From Eledone cirrhosa (lineage: Eukaryota), in the NCBI GenBank assembly GCA_964016885.1, contig OZ024742.1:269142001-269206000 (forward strand): a stretch of DNA of 64,000 bases, read 5' to 3'. The position numbers and the translations under genes are program-made. Positions 39,504-51,770 of the stretch are shown here, in pieces. Position 1 is the first letter of the stretch; each line of letters opens with the position of its first letter. The notes beneath the pieces were generated by a model. It saw only the letters and a list, made by a program, of their open reading frames with translations. It was not told the DNA's origin and did no database searches.

Positions 39504-42500
39504 AAAAAAAAAAAAAAACGAGAAAAACGAACAGAGAAAAACAAATACAAAAAAAGAAACCCCAAAAACGTAAAGAAAATAAGAATGAAGAGAGAAGCAG
39601 GCGGACGGACAGAGAAGAGGGGGGAAAAAGTAAAACTTAAAAAACAAAAACTAAGTCAGACATTCGAATACTACATTACAATGAAACTTATGCTTATTCA
39701 TTTTTGGGGCCCTTTCTGCCCGTGTGTTTGTTTGTTTATGTGTGTCCGTATACAGCGTGGTGATAATGCCACACAAGGGCCAAGTGGGATGGCGGATCCA
39801 CAGATGGCTATGTAAACATACGTTCGCCAATCCTCGATAAGAGTGTTTAAATATCGAACATAAACAGTTCGAATAACGGTGAAATGGAGACTAGAACGTC
39901 ATGTGACAGACTCTCACCCAACAGGTGCCCCCTGGCTCAGCAGCAGGAACCTGACTGTCAACCAAATACTGCTGATGTTGGAGGAAGAAGAAGAAGGAAA
40001 GGGGCCAGAACCAACTGGACGAAAGAATTGAATAGAACTGTTATGCAATGCTACCTGAAAAGTAACCCCAAGGAGAGGGGCTACAGGAGACGGATGCATA
40101 ACATCTGGAACGAGATTGGTTTATTTAAATTAGATGAACAAAAATTGGCCGGGCAGGCTCGGGTAATAAGAACTAATGGGTGGATAAGCGAGCTGGAACT
40201 GGAGGAACTGAGCAGAGAGAATGGCTTGGAGATGGCGGGTGTAGTATGCCAGACAAGCGAGCCGGCGGGAAATGAAGGTGAGGAGGTCCTGAGAACGGAG
40301 GAACCACCCGAAGCAGACAATGATCTGAATACTGAGATAAATAATACCTGGAACAGAGATACGGCCACTGAGGAGATGAATGCTGACGGGCTAGGACAAG
40401 ATTCAGTTGACATCCTAAATTTAGTGGTAGATGAGTTGAACAATGATAGTGGGAGACCTATGAACCTAAGATTTGTAGACAGGAAAAAGTTAAAAGAAAC
40501 AACAGCTAAGGTAAACAAAGTCATCCCATACCTTGAGGCGAGGAGTCTTCACCAGTGCAACAATATCCTCAAAGCAACAGCAAATACGGTGAGGAAACTA
40601 CTTGGTATAAAAGCGAGAGGAAACAACAGACAAGAAAGAGCAGAGCCGTGGTGGAAGAAGCAACTGAGTGGGCAAATCGGGGAAATGAGAAATGACATAG
40701 GAAAGCTTGAGTCACTACTGAATGGGACACTAAAAAACATAGGCACTAAAAATAGACTGGAAATAAAATACAAAACTAGGAGGAAAAAGCTAAATATTAC
40801 CATAGAGGAACTGAAGCAACGCATTGTAGCAAAGAGTGCAAAAATCAGACGATACGAGAACAGAGTCAGTCAGTATAAACAGAACCGCATGTTCGACAAC
40901 AACCAGAAGATGCTGTTTGGACAGCTTGAGGGGAAAGAAAGAGGCAACGACTTGATCCCTGGGGCGGAGCAAACTAAAACATTCTGGAGAGGAATATGGG
41001 AGCAGGATGTTAGACACAATGCCCAGGCAGGGTGGATTGAGACAGTACAGAGGGAGATCGGTGAGCAGGCACAACAACAAACTGATTTGAGTATCACAGT
41101 TGAAACTCTTAAGGGGCAGGCCAAAAAACTAACCAACTGGAAATCACCAGGCCCAGATGGTGTGCAGGGGTATTGGATTAAACATTTAACATCCCTCCAC
41201 CCGAAGCTGACGGCCATGTTCAATGACTGCTTGGTGTCGGGTGAGGTGCCAGAGTGGTTGACAAAAGGTACCACAGTTCTGATAATGAAAGACCGAATCA
41301 AGGGTAATGATGTTACCAACTATAGACCTATCACATGTCTGTCCGTAATGTGGAAACTGTTGACGAGCATTGTGTCTGAGGAAATCTACCATCACCTCCA
41401 CACAAACAACTTGTTACCGGACGAACAGAAAGGATGCCGAAAGAAGTCACGTGGTACAAAGAACCAGTTACTTATTGATAAGATGGTAATGGGGAATTGC
41501 AGGAGGAGACACACTGATCTTGCCATGGGATGGATAGACTACAGAAAGGCATTTGACATGGTGCCTCATTCCTGGATCACCAAAATCCTGGAGATCTTCA
41601 GGGTGGCAGATAACATCAGACAGTTGCTGGGCAGGAGTATGGGGTCCTGGGAGACAGAGTTGACATCAACTGGAGTATCCTTGGGAAGCGTGAAGATCAA
41701 GAGAGGTATCTTCCAGGGAGATAGCCTGTCCCCTCTGTTGTTTGTCCTTGCCCTGATGCCCTTGACCATTATGCTGCGAAAAGTGAGAGCAGGATACAAG
41801 TTGGGAAGGGGAGAGCTTACCATCAATCACCTCCTCTTCATGGACGATCTTAAGCTCTTCGGGAAAAGTGAGAAGGAGTTGGATGTGCTTGTTGACACTG
41901 TCGGTATTTTCAGCAGTGATATATGTATGCAGTTTGGTATTGGTAAATGTGGAGTCATTGTGATGAAGAGGGGTAGGTTGAGCAGAAGTAACGGGATCCA
42001 GATACCAACAGGTGAGATGATAAAGGAAATTGACTCTGAGGAAGGATACAAGTATTTGGGCGTTCTGGAGGCTGATGGCATAAAGAACAAAAAAATGAAG
42101 GAATTGTTAAGAACTGAATACATTCGGAGAGTAAGGAGCGTATTGAAGTTACATCTGAACAGCAGAAATGCCATAAGCGCAGTAAATTCCCGAGCTGTGT
42201 CTATTATTAGGTACAGTGCGGGAATTCTGAGATGGTATGTTGCTGAACAAAAAGAAATGGATAGGAAGACTAGGAAGCTATTGACTATCTACAACATGTT
42301 CCACAAGAGGAGTGATGTCGATAGACTCTACCTAAGGAGATCTGAGGGTGGAAGAGGTCTTATCAGCATAGAGGACTGTGTTCAGATGGAGAAAAACAAC
42401 CTATACAAATACGTGACCTATAGTAAGGAGCCAATGCTCAGAACTGTACTGAAGGAGGGGACAGTAGGCCAGGGGATGTCCAAGGAGGAAATAACATCAA

Positions 42501-43350
42501 GGAGGAAGAGCAGCCTTAAGGGAAAATCCCTTCATAGTACCTTCTTTGAGAAAACTGAATTTAGAGATCCACAGACATGGAACTGGTTGAGAAGAGGAGA
42601 CCTCAAAAAGGCTACAGAAGGAATGCTAATGGCTGCGCAGGAGCAGGCCCTCAAAACGAAGTGGTTGAAACACCATATCTACAAGGAGGAGGCTAGCCCA
42701 CTGTGCAGGATCTGTGGAGAGAGAGAGGAGACTGTGGCTCACATTGTGTCCGAGTGTAAACACCTAGCCCAGACCCACTATAAGGGCTGGAGACACGATG
42801 TGATGGGCAGGGTGATCCACTGGCACCTGTGCAAAGTAAACAATCTACCACATTCTGAGAAATGGTATGAGCATAGGCCAGAGGCGGTGATGGAGAACAG
42901 TCAGGTGAAGGTGCTGTGGGATTTTAGGATACAGACGGCCAAAAAACTGGAACACAATAGACCTGAACTGGTGGTTGTGGACAAAGAAAAAAGATCGTGC
43001 CTGATTGTGGATGTGGCCTGCCCGTTCGACACGAGAGTGCAAGAGAAGGAGAGGGAGAAAATTAACCGATACCAGGACCTAAAGTGGGAGGTGAAAAGGA
43101 TTTGGAACTGCCATGAAGTCAAAGTGATCCCGATTGTCATAGGCGCACTGGGGACTATCTCCAAAAGTTTCCAGGGATGGTTGAAGAAAATCGGCCCCTT
43201 CACGCTTTTTGGAACGCTTCAAAAGGCATGCTTGCTTGGAACAGCAAGAACCCTCCGATACGTCCTGAATATCTGAGGCTGCAGGTAGTGGCTTGATATT
43301 CAATCCAACGGACTTTCCAGTTAACCAACATCAATGACTGAGATTCAAGG
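39504..43350 (+). mobile_element. R4/Dong-clade RLE non-LTR retrotransposon, copy 1
   Basis: Single long ORF, ~75-bp 3' UTR ending GAGATTCAAGG-(AAT)n, (AAT)n on both sides. Confidence 0.9.
39884..43276 (+). CDS. 1130-aa RT / CCHC zinc knuckle / restriction-like endonuclease polyprotein
   Basis: YRPITCL, EQKGCR, WIDYRKAFD, GIFQGDSLSPLLF, LFMDDLKL, YKYLG; CRICGEREETVAHIVSEC; RHD..RPELVVVD..IVDVACP..KINRY. Confidence 0.93.
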   Translation: METRTSCDRLSPNRCPLAQQQEPDCQPNTADVGGRRRRKGARTNWTKELNRTVMQCYLKSNPKERGYRRRMHNIWNEIGLFKLDEQKLAGQARVIRTNGWISELELEELSRENGLEMAGVVCQTSEPAGNEGEEVLRTEEPPEADNDLNTEINNTWNRDTATEEMNADGLGQDSVDILNLVVDELNNDSGRPMNLRFVDRKKLKETTAKVNKVIPYLEARSLHQCNNILKATANTVRKLLGIKARGNNRQERAEPWWKKQLSGQIGEMRNDIGKLESLLNGTLKNIGTKNRLEIKYKTRRKKLNITIEELKQRIVAKSAKIRRYENRVSQYKQNRMFDNNQKMLFGQLEGKERGNDLIPGAEQTKTFWRGIWEQDVRHNAQAGWIETVQREIGEQAQQQTDLSITVETLKGQAKKLTNWKSPGPDGVQGYWIKHLTSLHPKLTAMFNDCLVSGEVPEWLTKGTTVLIMKDRIKGNDVTNYRPITCLSVMWKLLTSIVSEEIYHHLHTNNLLPDEQKGCRKKSRGTKNQLLIDKMVMGNCRRRHTDLAMGWIDYRKAFDMVPHSWITKILEIFRVADNIRQLLGRSMGSWETELTSTGVSLGSVKIKRGIFQGDSLSPLLFVLALMPLTIMLRKVRAGYKLGRGELTINHLLFMDDLKLFGKSEKELDVLVDTVGIFSSDICMQFGIGKCGVIVMKRGRLSRSNGIQIPTGEMIKEIDSEEGYKYLGVLEADGIKNKKMKELLRTEYIRRVRSVLKLHLNSRNAISAVNSRAVSIIRYSAGILRWYVAEQKEMDRKTRKLLTIYNMFHKRSDVDRLYLRRSEGGRGLISIEDCVQMEKNNLYKYVTYSKEPMLRTVLKEGTVGQGMSKEEITSRRKSSLKGKSLHSTFFEKTEFRDPQTWNWLRRGDLKKATEGMLMAAQEQALKTKWLKHHIYKEEASPLCRICGEREETVAHIVSECKHLAQTHYKGWRHDVMGRVIHWHLCKVNNLPHSEKWYEHRPEAVMENSQVKVLWDFRIQTAKKLEHNRPELVVVDKEKRSCLIVDVACPFDTRVQEKEREKINRYQDLKWEVKRIWNCHEVKVIPIVIGALGTISKSFQGWLKKIGPFTLFGTLQKACLLGTARTLRYVLNI

Positions 43351-43362
43351 AATAACAATAAC

Positions 43363-43394
<32 letters not shown>

Positions 43395-46300
43395 GGGAAG
43401 AAGACGCACGAGGTGGCGGAGGTCCTGAAATCGCTCCCGTAAGTTTTGAATTTTTAACATATTTAAATCATTTGTGAAATAACAACTCTTAGTACAAATG
43501 CTACGTAAAGCACCCGGCTTGAACCACAAAAAATTCGGACCCAAAATATATTGTTATAAGGCTCAAATATTCAAATATTCTACTTTGTATTGTTCACTGT
43601 ATATCCCAAAAAAGAAAATGGCTATAAATGGAAGAAGAACCCCCCCTCCTCTCCTCTGTCTACACTATATAGAACAGCCAAACTCACCAACACCAGAAAC
43701 TAGATACACCACCCACCTCATCCCCTGTGTACACTAAAAGCAACAGCCAGATAACGGCAATTTCACCACCACCGCTCACTAGTGCACTCATTACCACCAC
43801 TATCCCATCACCGCCGCCACCACTCCTTCACACCTTCACTGCTACCACCGCTACAACACCATCACTACAGTAATACGATCACATCACCACCACCACTGCC
43901 TCGGTATCGACATCACCACCACCATTGTCTCAGTATCGCTACCGCCGCCAGTCTTCCACTTCTCTAGCTGGCTGCTGCCACCACATTATAGAATTCCTAC
44001 TACTAAAAAAGAGGAAGGCATCAAAGTATATAGATAGACTCAAAAGAAAAAAGGAAAAAACAAACAACAAAACCAAAGCAGCACAGCAACAACAGCAAAA
44101 AACGAGAAAAACAAACAGAGAAAAACAAAAACAAAAAAAAAACAAAAAACGTAAAGAAAATAAGAATGAAGAGAGAAGCAGGCGGACGGACAGAGAAGAG
44201 GGGGGAAAACTAAAACTAAAAAAACAAAAACTAAGTCAGACATTCGAACACTAGATTACAATGAAACTTATGCTTATTCATTTTTGGGGCCCTTTCTGCC
44301 TGTGTGTTTGTTTGTTTATGTGTGTTCGTATACAGCGTGGTGATAATGCCACACAAGGGCCAAGTGGAACGGCGAATCCTCAGATGGCTATGTAACCATA
44401 CATTCGCCAATCCTCGATAAGAGTGTTTAAATATCGAACATAAACTGTTCGAATAATGGTGAAATGGAGACTAGAACGTCATGTGACAGACTCTCACCCA
44501 ACAGGTGCCCCCTGGCTCAGCAGCAGGAACCTGACTGTCAACCAAATACTGCTGATGTTGGAGGAAGAAGAAGAAGGAAAGTGGCCAGAACCAACTGGAC
44601 GAAAGAATTGAATAGAACTGTTATGCAATGTTACCTGAAAAGTAACCCCAAGGAGAGGGGCTACAGGAGACGGATGCATAACATCTGGAACGAGATTGGT
44701 CTATTTAAATTAGATGAACAAAAATTGGCCGGGCAGGCTCGGGTAATAAGAACTAATGGGTGGATAAGCGAGCTGGAACTGGAGGAACTGAGCAGAGAGA
44801 ATGGCTTGGAGATGGCGGGTGTAGTATGCCAGACAAGCGAGCCAGTGGGAAATGAAGGTGAAGAGGTCCTGAGAACGGAGGAACCACCCGGAGCAGACAA
44901 TGATCTGAATACTGAGATAAATAATACCTGGAACAGAGATACGGCCACTGAGGAGATGAATGCTGACGAGCTTAGACAAGATTCGGTTGACATCCTAAAT
45001 TTAGTGGTAGATGAATTGAACAATGATAGTGGGAGACCTATGAACCTAAGATTTGTAGACAGGAAAAAGTTAAAAAAACAACAGCTAAGGTAAACAAAGT
45101 CATCCTATACCTTGAGGCGAGGAGCCTTCACCAGTGCAACAATATCCTCAAAGCAACAGCAAATACGGTGAGGAAACTACTTGGTATAAAAGCGAGAGGA
45201 AACAACAGACAAGAAAGAGCAGAGCCGTGGTGGAAGAAACGACTGAGTGGTCAAATCGGGGAAATGAGAAATGACATAGGAAAGCTTGAGTCACTACTGA
45301 ATGGGACACTAAAAAACATAGGCACTAAAAATAGACTGGAAATAAAGTACAAAACTAGGAGGAAAAAGCTAAATATTATCATAGAGGAACTGAAGCAACG
45401 CATTGTAGCAAAGAGTGCAAAAATCAGGCGATACGAGAACAGAGTCAGTCAGTATAAACAGAACCGCATGTTCGACAACCAGAAGATGCTGTTTGGGCAG
45501 CTTGAGGGGAAAGAAAGAGGCAACGACTTGATCCCTGGGGCGGAGCAAACTAAAACATTCTGGAGAGGAATATGGGAGCAGGATGTTAGACATAATGTCC
45601 AGGCAGGGTGGATTGAAACAGTACAGAGGGAGATCGGTGAGCAGGCACACCAACAAACTGATTTGAGTATCACAGTTGAAACTCTTAAGGGGCAGGCCAA
45701 AAAACTAACCAACTGGAAATCACCAGGCCCAGATGGTGTGCTGGGGTATTGGATTAAAAATTTAACATCCCTCCACCCGAAGCTGACGGCCATGTTCAAT
45801 GACTGCTTGGTGTCGGGTGAGGTGCCAGAGTGGTTGACAAAAGGTACCACAGTTCTAATAATGAAAGACCGAATCAAGGGTAATGATGTTACCAACTATA
45901 GACCTATCATATGTCTGTCCGTAATGTGGAAACTGTTGACGAGCATTGTGTCTGAGGAAATCTACCATCACCTCCACACAAACAACTTGTTACCGGACGA
46001 ACAGAAAGGATGCCGAAAGAGGTCACGTGGTAGAAAGGACCAGTTACTTATTGATAAGATGGTAATGGGGAATTGCAGGAGGAGACACACTGATCTTGCC
46101 ATGGGATGGATAGACTACAGAAAGGCATTTGACATGGTGCCTCATTCTTGGATCACCAAAAGCCTGGAGATCTTCATAGTGGCAGATAACATCAGACAGT
46201 TGCTGGGCAGGAGTATGGTGTCCTGGGAGACAGAGTTGACATCAACTGGAGTATCCTTGGGAAGCGTGAAGATCAAGAGAGGTATCTTCCAGGGAGATAG

Positions 46301-47926
46301 CCTGTCCCCTCTGTTGTTTGTCCTTGCCCTGATGCCCTTGAACATTATGCTGCGAAAAGTGAGAGCAGGATACAAGTTGGGAAAGGGAGAGCTTACCATC
46401 AATCACCTCCTCTTCGTGGACGATCTTAAGCTCTTCGGGAAAAGTGAGAAGGAGTTGGATGTGCTTGTTGACACTGTCCGTATTTTCAGCAGTGATATAT
46501 GTATGCAGTTTGGTATTAGTAAATGTGGAGTCATTGTGATGAGGAGGGGTAGGTTGAGCAGAAGTAACGGGATCCATATACAAACAGGTGAGATGATAAT
46601 GGAAATTAACTCTGAGGAAGGATACAAGTATTTGGGCGTTCTGGAGGCTGACGGCATAAAGAACAAAAAAATGAAGGACTTGTTAAGAACTGAATACATT
46701 CGGAGAGTAAGGAGCGTATTGAAGTCACATCTGAACAGCAGAAATGCCATAAGCGCAGTAAATTCCCGAGCTGTGTCTATTATTAGGTACATTGCGGGAA
46801 TTCTGAGATGGAATGTTGCTGAACAAAAAGAAATGGATAGGAAGACTAGGAAGCTATTGACTATCTACAACATGTTCCACAAGAGGAGTGATGTCGATAG
46901 ACTCTACCTAAGGAGATCTGAGGGTGGAAGAGGTCTTATCAGCATAGAGGACTGTGTTCAGATGGAGAAAAACAACCTATACAAATACGTGACCTATAGT
47001 AAGGAGCCAATGCTCAGAACTGTACTGAAGGAGGGGACAGTAGGCCAGGGCATGTCCAAGGAGGAAATAACATCAAGGAGGAAGAGCAGCCTTAAGGGAA
47101 AATCCCTTCATAGTACCTTCTTTGAGAAAACTGAATTTAGAGATCCACAGACATGGAACTGGTTGAGAAGAGGAGACCTCAAAAAGGCTACAGAAGGAAT
47201 GCTAATGGCTGCGCAGGAGCAGGCCCTCAAAACGAAGTGGTTGAAGCACCATATTTACAAGGAGGAGGCTAGCCCACTGTGCAGGATCTGTGGAGAGAGA
47301 GAGGAGACTGTGGCTCACATTGTGTCCGAGTGTAAACACCTAGCCCAGACCCACTATAAGGGCTGGAGATACGATGTGATGGGCAGGGTGAACCACTGGC
47401 ACCTGTGCAAAGTAAACAATTTACCACATTCTGAGAAATGGTATGAGCATAGGCCAGAGGCGGTGATGGAGAACAATCAGGTGAAGGTGCTGTGGGATTT
47501 TAGGATACAGACGGCCAAAAAACTGGAACACAATAGACCTGACCTGGTGGTTGTGGACAAAGAAAAAAGATCGTGTCTGATTGTGGATGTGGCCTGCCCT
47601 TTCGACACGAGAGTGCAAGAGAAGGAGAGGGAGAAAATTAACCGATACCAGGACCTAAAGTGGGAGGTGAAAAGGATTTGGAACTGCCATGAATTCAAAG
47701 TGATCCCGATTGTCATAGGCGCACTGGGGACTATCTCCAAAAGTTTCCAGGGATGGTTAAAGAAAATCGGCCCCTTCACGGTTTTTGGAACGCTTCAAAA
47801 GGCATGCTTGCTTGGAACAGCAAGAACCCTCCGATACGTCCTGAATATCTGAGGCTGCAGGTAGTGGTTTGATATTCATTCCAACGGACTTTCCAGTTAA
47901 CCAACATCAATGACTGAGATTCAAGG
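43395..47926 (+). mobile_element. R4/Dong-clade element, copy 2 (tandem, longer 5' leader)
   Basis: Near-identical to copy 1 from ~44098 onward; the extra ~700 bp at 5' starts right after (AAT)n. Confidence 0.88.
44464..47852 (+). pseudogene. RT-RLE polyprotein split by a 1-bp frameshift near 45075
   Basis: ORFs 44464-45093 and 45168-47852 are collinear with copy 1; TTAAAAAAACAAC versus TTAAAAGAAACAAC in copy 1. Confidence 0.88.
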
Positions 47927-48212
47927 AATAACAACAACAATAATAATAATAATAATAATAATGATTTCTTTATTAACCACAAGGGTTTACATAAAGTAGA
48001 CATTAAGGACAGTGCAGGACAATGCAGGACGGTACAAATGGGCAGTTCTGCGTGTAAAAAACAAAAACAGAGGATGTAACAAAAAATAACAATGAAAAAT
48101 TCCCCAATAGGGGGGAGACTTCGGAGGGACATTTGTGGAGAAAGCCCAGTAAAAAGCCACAATGACCCTGACCACCAAGGCAAGTGCCCTCTCCCAGTTT
48201 TCCACCTTTAAT

Positions 48213-51200
48213 TTACAGATATATGCTCAGAGTAGGCCCATTCACTCGGGCCATTCTTGCTTCTCTCACCCATCTTTCAACAAAATGCTGGGAAGAGAGC
48301 ACTTCCCTCTCTACTCTGATTTTCCTTTTCAAATGAAATTTGAAAAAGTCAATCAGAGCATCACCGAAGAGGTAAGTGCTCGTCTTCAGCCCTTTCAAAC
48401 GTGTCCACCATACTATCTCTTTCGCCATGGCCACCAGGCAGATAAAAACTGCCTGCCCTTCCCGGCTAAAGGAGGAGGGCGGGGCAATCCTCACGATGGA
48501 CTCAGATGATAGCCGGATCCGTCCTAAACGCGACAGCAGGTGTTCGACATAAACCCACAAGTCAGCAATTTTCGGACACTGGACGAGTGCGTGCAGGACG
48601 GTTTCGTCGCCCTGCGCGCATCTCCGACATGCCCGGCTGACGGCACCTCCATGCCTGTAGAGTTTATCCCGAACTGGCAAGGCTCCTCGGTAGCACTGCC
48701 AGGCCAGAGATTTCTGGAAGTTGTCCATAGGGCCTGGCCCGAAAGTTCTTCCGAAGAGATTGGCTAGTTGATTTTCGTCGACGCCTAGAGTTTCCCCAAG
48801 TACGTCGTCGCTCTTCCCCTCCACTAATCCTCTATAGAACGCCGAGGTGGAGTTTCCACCGATCACATTGCCCGATTGGTCGAGGGCTGTGAGCACCTGA
48901 AGACATTCCAGTCTCCAGGCGCTCCCTCTCGGTCTTCGCTTGACCCAGGACTGCAGCTCCGTCAAGGAAACGAGCTGGGGAAACACGCGTCTAGCAAACG
49001 GCGACCACACCTGATCACCGTCGAGGAAGAGGTGGAGATGTCGTAGCCTGAGCGCGTGCCTGCGCATCATCAGCCACGGCATGCCCAGCCCTCCACGTAG
49101 CGGGTGTTGACAACAGATGGACCGCCTGACCATCGGAGCGCGTCCCTTCCACAAAAAGCGAAAGAGCAAACGCTCCAGCGCAGTCAGGCGAGGCTTAGGA
49201 CAAGGTACGACGGTCAGGCGGTAGCAGATGACGGACGCGATGTACGCGTTAGCCACCTCCGCTCGACCTTTCAGCGATAGCTTCCTCTCGGCCCATTTCT
49301 GGGTGAGAGAAGCCACCCTGCTCTTGACCTCGTCCCAGTTTTTGTCCGTCTGGAGGTCCGGACCGAACCAGACCCTAGCAATTTAACCGGTCCGTCCGTC
49401 CAGCGTCCGACGACGCTGTTGGACGGCATGGACCTGCCTCTCCAGGTGCCGAGCTGCAGGCCCACTGACTTTTCCTGGTTGATCATTGCTCCTGTCACCG
49501 CTTCGTATTCTCTTAGTGTAGTGCCGATCGCCTCGATGTGTTTGGCGTTCGACACCACTACGGTGACATCGTCCGCATAAACTGATACGGATCTTCCGCA
49601 TCCTAGTTCGCGCGGGACTCCCCTCAACGTCTCCAGTTTGTGCAGTAATGGCTCGAGAGTCAATACGTACAAGAGGGACGAGAGGGGACATCCTTGGCGG
49701 ACCGAGTGCATGATGTTGAACGGTTCCGACAGGTGACCGTTCACTCTCACCACAGAGCAGATGTCGCTGTGCATGGCAGCGATCCAGCCTCTGAAGACGG
49801 GCCCAAAGCCAGCCGCCCTCAGGACTGCCGCTAGGTAACGATGGTCGACCCTATCGAAAGCTTTCGACTGATCTAAATTGATCAAGGACCCACCCGTGCC
49901 AGGTTCCCTAGCTACCCTCTCTACGATGTATCGCATGAGGTGGAGGTTGTCGTGGATGGATCTGTCGGGAATGGCGCATGTCTGCGCCTCTCCCACCAGA
50001 CCACCAACGACAAGCGCCAACCTCTTTGCTAGCACCTTGGCCAAAATCTTAAACTCTGTGTTTAGCAGAGTTATGGGCCGGAAATTTTCTATGTTATCCC
50101 CCTTGTTCGGATCCTTTCTCAGCAGTGCCACCGCTCCTCGGCTCACAGAACTGGGAATTCTCCCGTTCTGTTGCCAGTTGCAGTAGACGTCCGCCAAGAG
50201 GCCTCCGAACAAGTCTGGCATCTGTACGTAAAGTTCATAGGGCAGACCATCCAAACCAGGCGATTTACCCCTTGTGCAGCCAGTCATTGCCTCCCTTACT
50301 TCAGCGGCTGTTATCGGCTTTTTGCAACACTTCGCCTCAGTGGCCGAGAGCCGCGGCAGTCCGTCGAGGTAGACACTAAAGTCCATCCCTCTACCCGGCC
50401 CACCGCTGCCCCCGAACAGCTGAGCGAAGTGTCGCTGAAAAGCTTCACACATTTGCCCGAGATCGAGTAGCATGCGCCCGTCGTGGTCCACCAAAGACCG
50501 GATCGTGGCTTTGTTGCCACGACGCGCCTCCGCCACTCGGGCCCATTGAACGGTTTTCGTCCCCTCGTGTCTGAGAGCACGCACCCTTGCTCTGACAACG
50601 CAGCCTTCGTGCTTTGCATTGAAGAATTGATCAAGGGCCAATTTCGCCACAAGCACGTCGGTCGCAATGCCTTTGCTAAGCACCTCGTCTAATTTTCTAA
50701 CTAGTTCTCCCTCTGCTCTATTTTTCTCTATTGCTAAAGCCTTACTAAACCTAATCGATTCTATTCTAATCGCTCTTTTCAGAGCAAACCACCACTTGTT
50801 GTTGACGATGGCCCCCGTCAACGCCCGCTTAACTAGTTCGCTAATCCGGTCTCTGTAGGCCTTGCGCGCTGGTAAGGACGCGTTTAGCTTCCAGTAGCCG
50901 GGTCCTCGTCTATGAAGCCTATCTAAATCAAGCACACAGATCACGAATTTGTGGTCCGTGTAGCTGACTATCTTGAATTGTGGACAGCCTATGCTAGACC
51001 TATCTATTTCCCTACAAAATACTCTATCTAGATATGATCTGGATGACCCTATGCGGTTTGTCCATGTCCACATTGGTACATTCGGGAAATCCAATCGGTA
51101 CCTGTCAGACAGTTCAAAACGCCTGAGCAGGTTGGTGAGGCTCTTGCACCCTCCACCCCTATCCGCTAATCCCACACAGTCCCAGCGTGCATCTAAGATC

Positions 51201-51631
51201 CCGTTCCAGTCGCCCACTAACACTAAAGAGCGGGACGTTCCAAGAAAGGTCTCGAGACGCCGGAAGAAATCAGGCCGCCCTGCTCCTGTCGGGGCATAGA
51301 CGGCCACTAGCCTGAAAGCTTGCCCGTCTCCGCTGGTCACGTCCAGCACCACCAGCTTACCCTCTGGGTCCAGGAAGATGGCCCGTTTGGCGAGATCCAA
51401 ACCTCTCCGAAAAAGCACAGTAACTCCTCCACCCGATCCAGGACGGCTGGGAGATGCGTACACATCGTAGCCGCCGAAGATCGGTGCGAAGGCCCGTGCT
51501 TCGGAGATTCTGGTCTCGCTGATGGCCACTACATCTATGTTTAGTGACCTGAGGTCGTTGAGCAGGTGACCCTGCTTCCATGACGACCCCAAGCCACGCG
51601 CATTTATGCTGCCTATTCTGAGTGAGGTCAT
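48213..51631 (-). pseudogene. Tx1 ORF2 (APE endonuclease, RT, C-terminal Zn finger), one frameshift near 49372
   Basis: SINARGL, ISET, VYAP, GDWN, SYLDRVF, TDH, GYWKLN, KSPGLDGL, FRPITLLN, DQSKAFD, VRQGCPLS, YADD, GGLG, CRRC..ETVLHALVQC. Confidence 0.9.
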
Positions 51632-51770
51632 GTTTAAAATAGAGTGGAAAAGATGGGAAAGACCACTTACCGTTCTTTTGGTAGAGGAGGGATGGTTTTT
51701 ACATCCCTTTTCACTTGATCGTCTGGTGAAGGGACCGTTGAATCGTCCCTTCGGCTGGTCGTCGGCTCTT

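Noticed and set aside
39253-39647. Poly-L/I/Y/N/K ORFs
   Set aside because: Translations of (AAT)n, (GAA)n and poly-A tracts.
39760-39785. CCACACAAGGGCC in the Dong leader resembling the reverse complement of the Tx1 3' motif
   Set aside because: Only ~11 matching nt with an indel; cannot be distinguished from chance.
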